DNA of 64,000 nucleotides from Monocercomonoides exilis PA203 (Eukaryota; Protista; Preaxostyla), in the NCBI GenBank assembly GCA_001643675.2, contig LSRY02000029.1:744001-808000 (forward strand). Reading direction: 5' to 3'. This document shows, in pieces, positions 63,508 to 64,000 of this stretch (the first letter of the stretch is position 1; the number at the start of each line of letters is the position of its first letter). Position numbers and translations under genes: made by a program. A model generated the notes under the pieces. The model was not told where the DNA came from and made no database searches. It worked only from the letters and a program-made list of their open reading frames with translations.

Positions 63508-64000
63508 TTTTCTTCTTTTTCTTTTCCATCTTTTCCATCTTTTTCATCTTTTTCATTATTTTCTCTCTCCTTCTTTATTTTTTGACTTTTTTTTTCTATT
63601 TCTCATTCAAAGAACCTCTTCTCTTTTCTTTTCACACCTTCTCTTCTTTTCTTTTCTCTTCACTTATTCATTCCTCTCCTCTTTTCAATTCAACCTTTTC
63701 ACTTTTTCCTATTTCTCTTCACTTTCTATCCTGCCTTCATTATTAATTATTATTTTTTCTTTAATTATTATTCCACACCTTCCCTTCTATTACCCATCTC
63801 AAATCAAATTCTTAATGAGAAATATACAAGATGAATGAAAACAAAATGTTAAGAATACAAAATGAGAGAGAGAAAGAAAATGAGGGAGAAAGAGAAAAGA
63901 GAGTGCAAATGGATAGATGAATAAAGTGAATGAATGAATAAAAAAAGGAAAATAAGAAATCATGCAACACACATTGAAATGGAATAGAATTGAAATTACA

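Larger units (their letters stand above)
56385..64000 (+). repeat. Tandem 5S rDNA array, period about 1,113 bp, continuing past the window end
   Basis: 5S genes start at 56710, 57823, 58936, 60050, 61166, 62278 and 63391. Spacers are near-identical apart from homopolymer indels; the first upstream spacer is diverged. Confidence 0.97.

Noticed and set aside
56254-63585. Repeated ORFs (MGKMGKII..., MAVAHTHF..., MKSLHIIV...) in the tandem array
   Set aside because: They overlap the 5S gene or low-complexity spacer and shift frame between units with homopolymer indels; not protein-coding.

Overview
Eukaryotic, AT-rich, intron-rich DNA with short GT-AG introns, the standard genetic code and Ser-rich low-complexity proteins. 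This style suggests an anaerobic metamonad such as an oxymonad (Monocercomonoides-like); that assignment is an inference. 1-11.5 kb is a cluster of four DNA elements: (i) a 2.45-kb transposase-free element with 183-bp terminal inverted repeats (TIRs) and an 8-bp target-site duplication (TSD) that carries captured surface-protein gene fragments (Pack-MULE-like) and interrupts a pseudogene; (ii, iii) two pogo-like DD35D transposons that share an intron position, one apparently intact and one with a single nonsense codon; (iv) a hairpin-rich MITE ending just upstream of a tRNA-Asp gene. 12-26 kb holds Hip/ST13, a TMEM222/RTE1-like gene, a giant GRAM-VASt-TM protein and an Aurora-like kinase. 26.4-30.5 kb is a near-perfect 4.1-kb palindrome (about 1.99-kb arms, 118-bp spacer) that duplicates tRNA-Ile(AAT) and a 4-exon cytochrome b5 gene missing from the ORF track. 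31.9-55.6 kb holds tRNA-Val(TAC), a broken beta-helix surface-protein gene, p23, large low-complexity genes, an RJL small GTPase and a degenerate MoxR-like AAA+ protein. From 56.3 kb to the window end is a tandem 5S rDNA array (7 genes, about 1,113-bp period).
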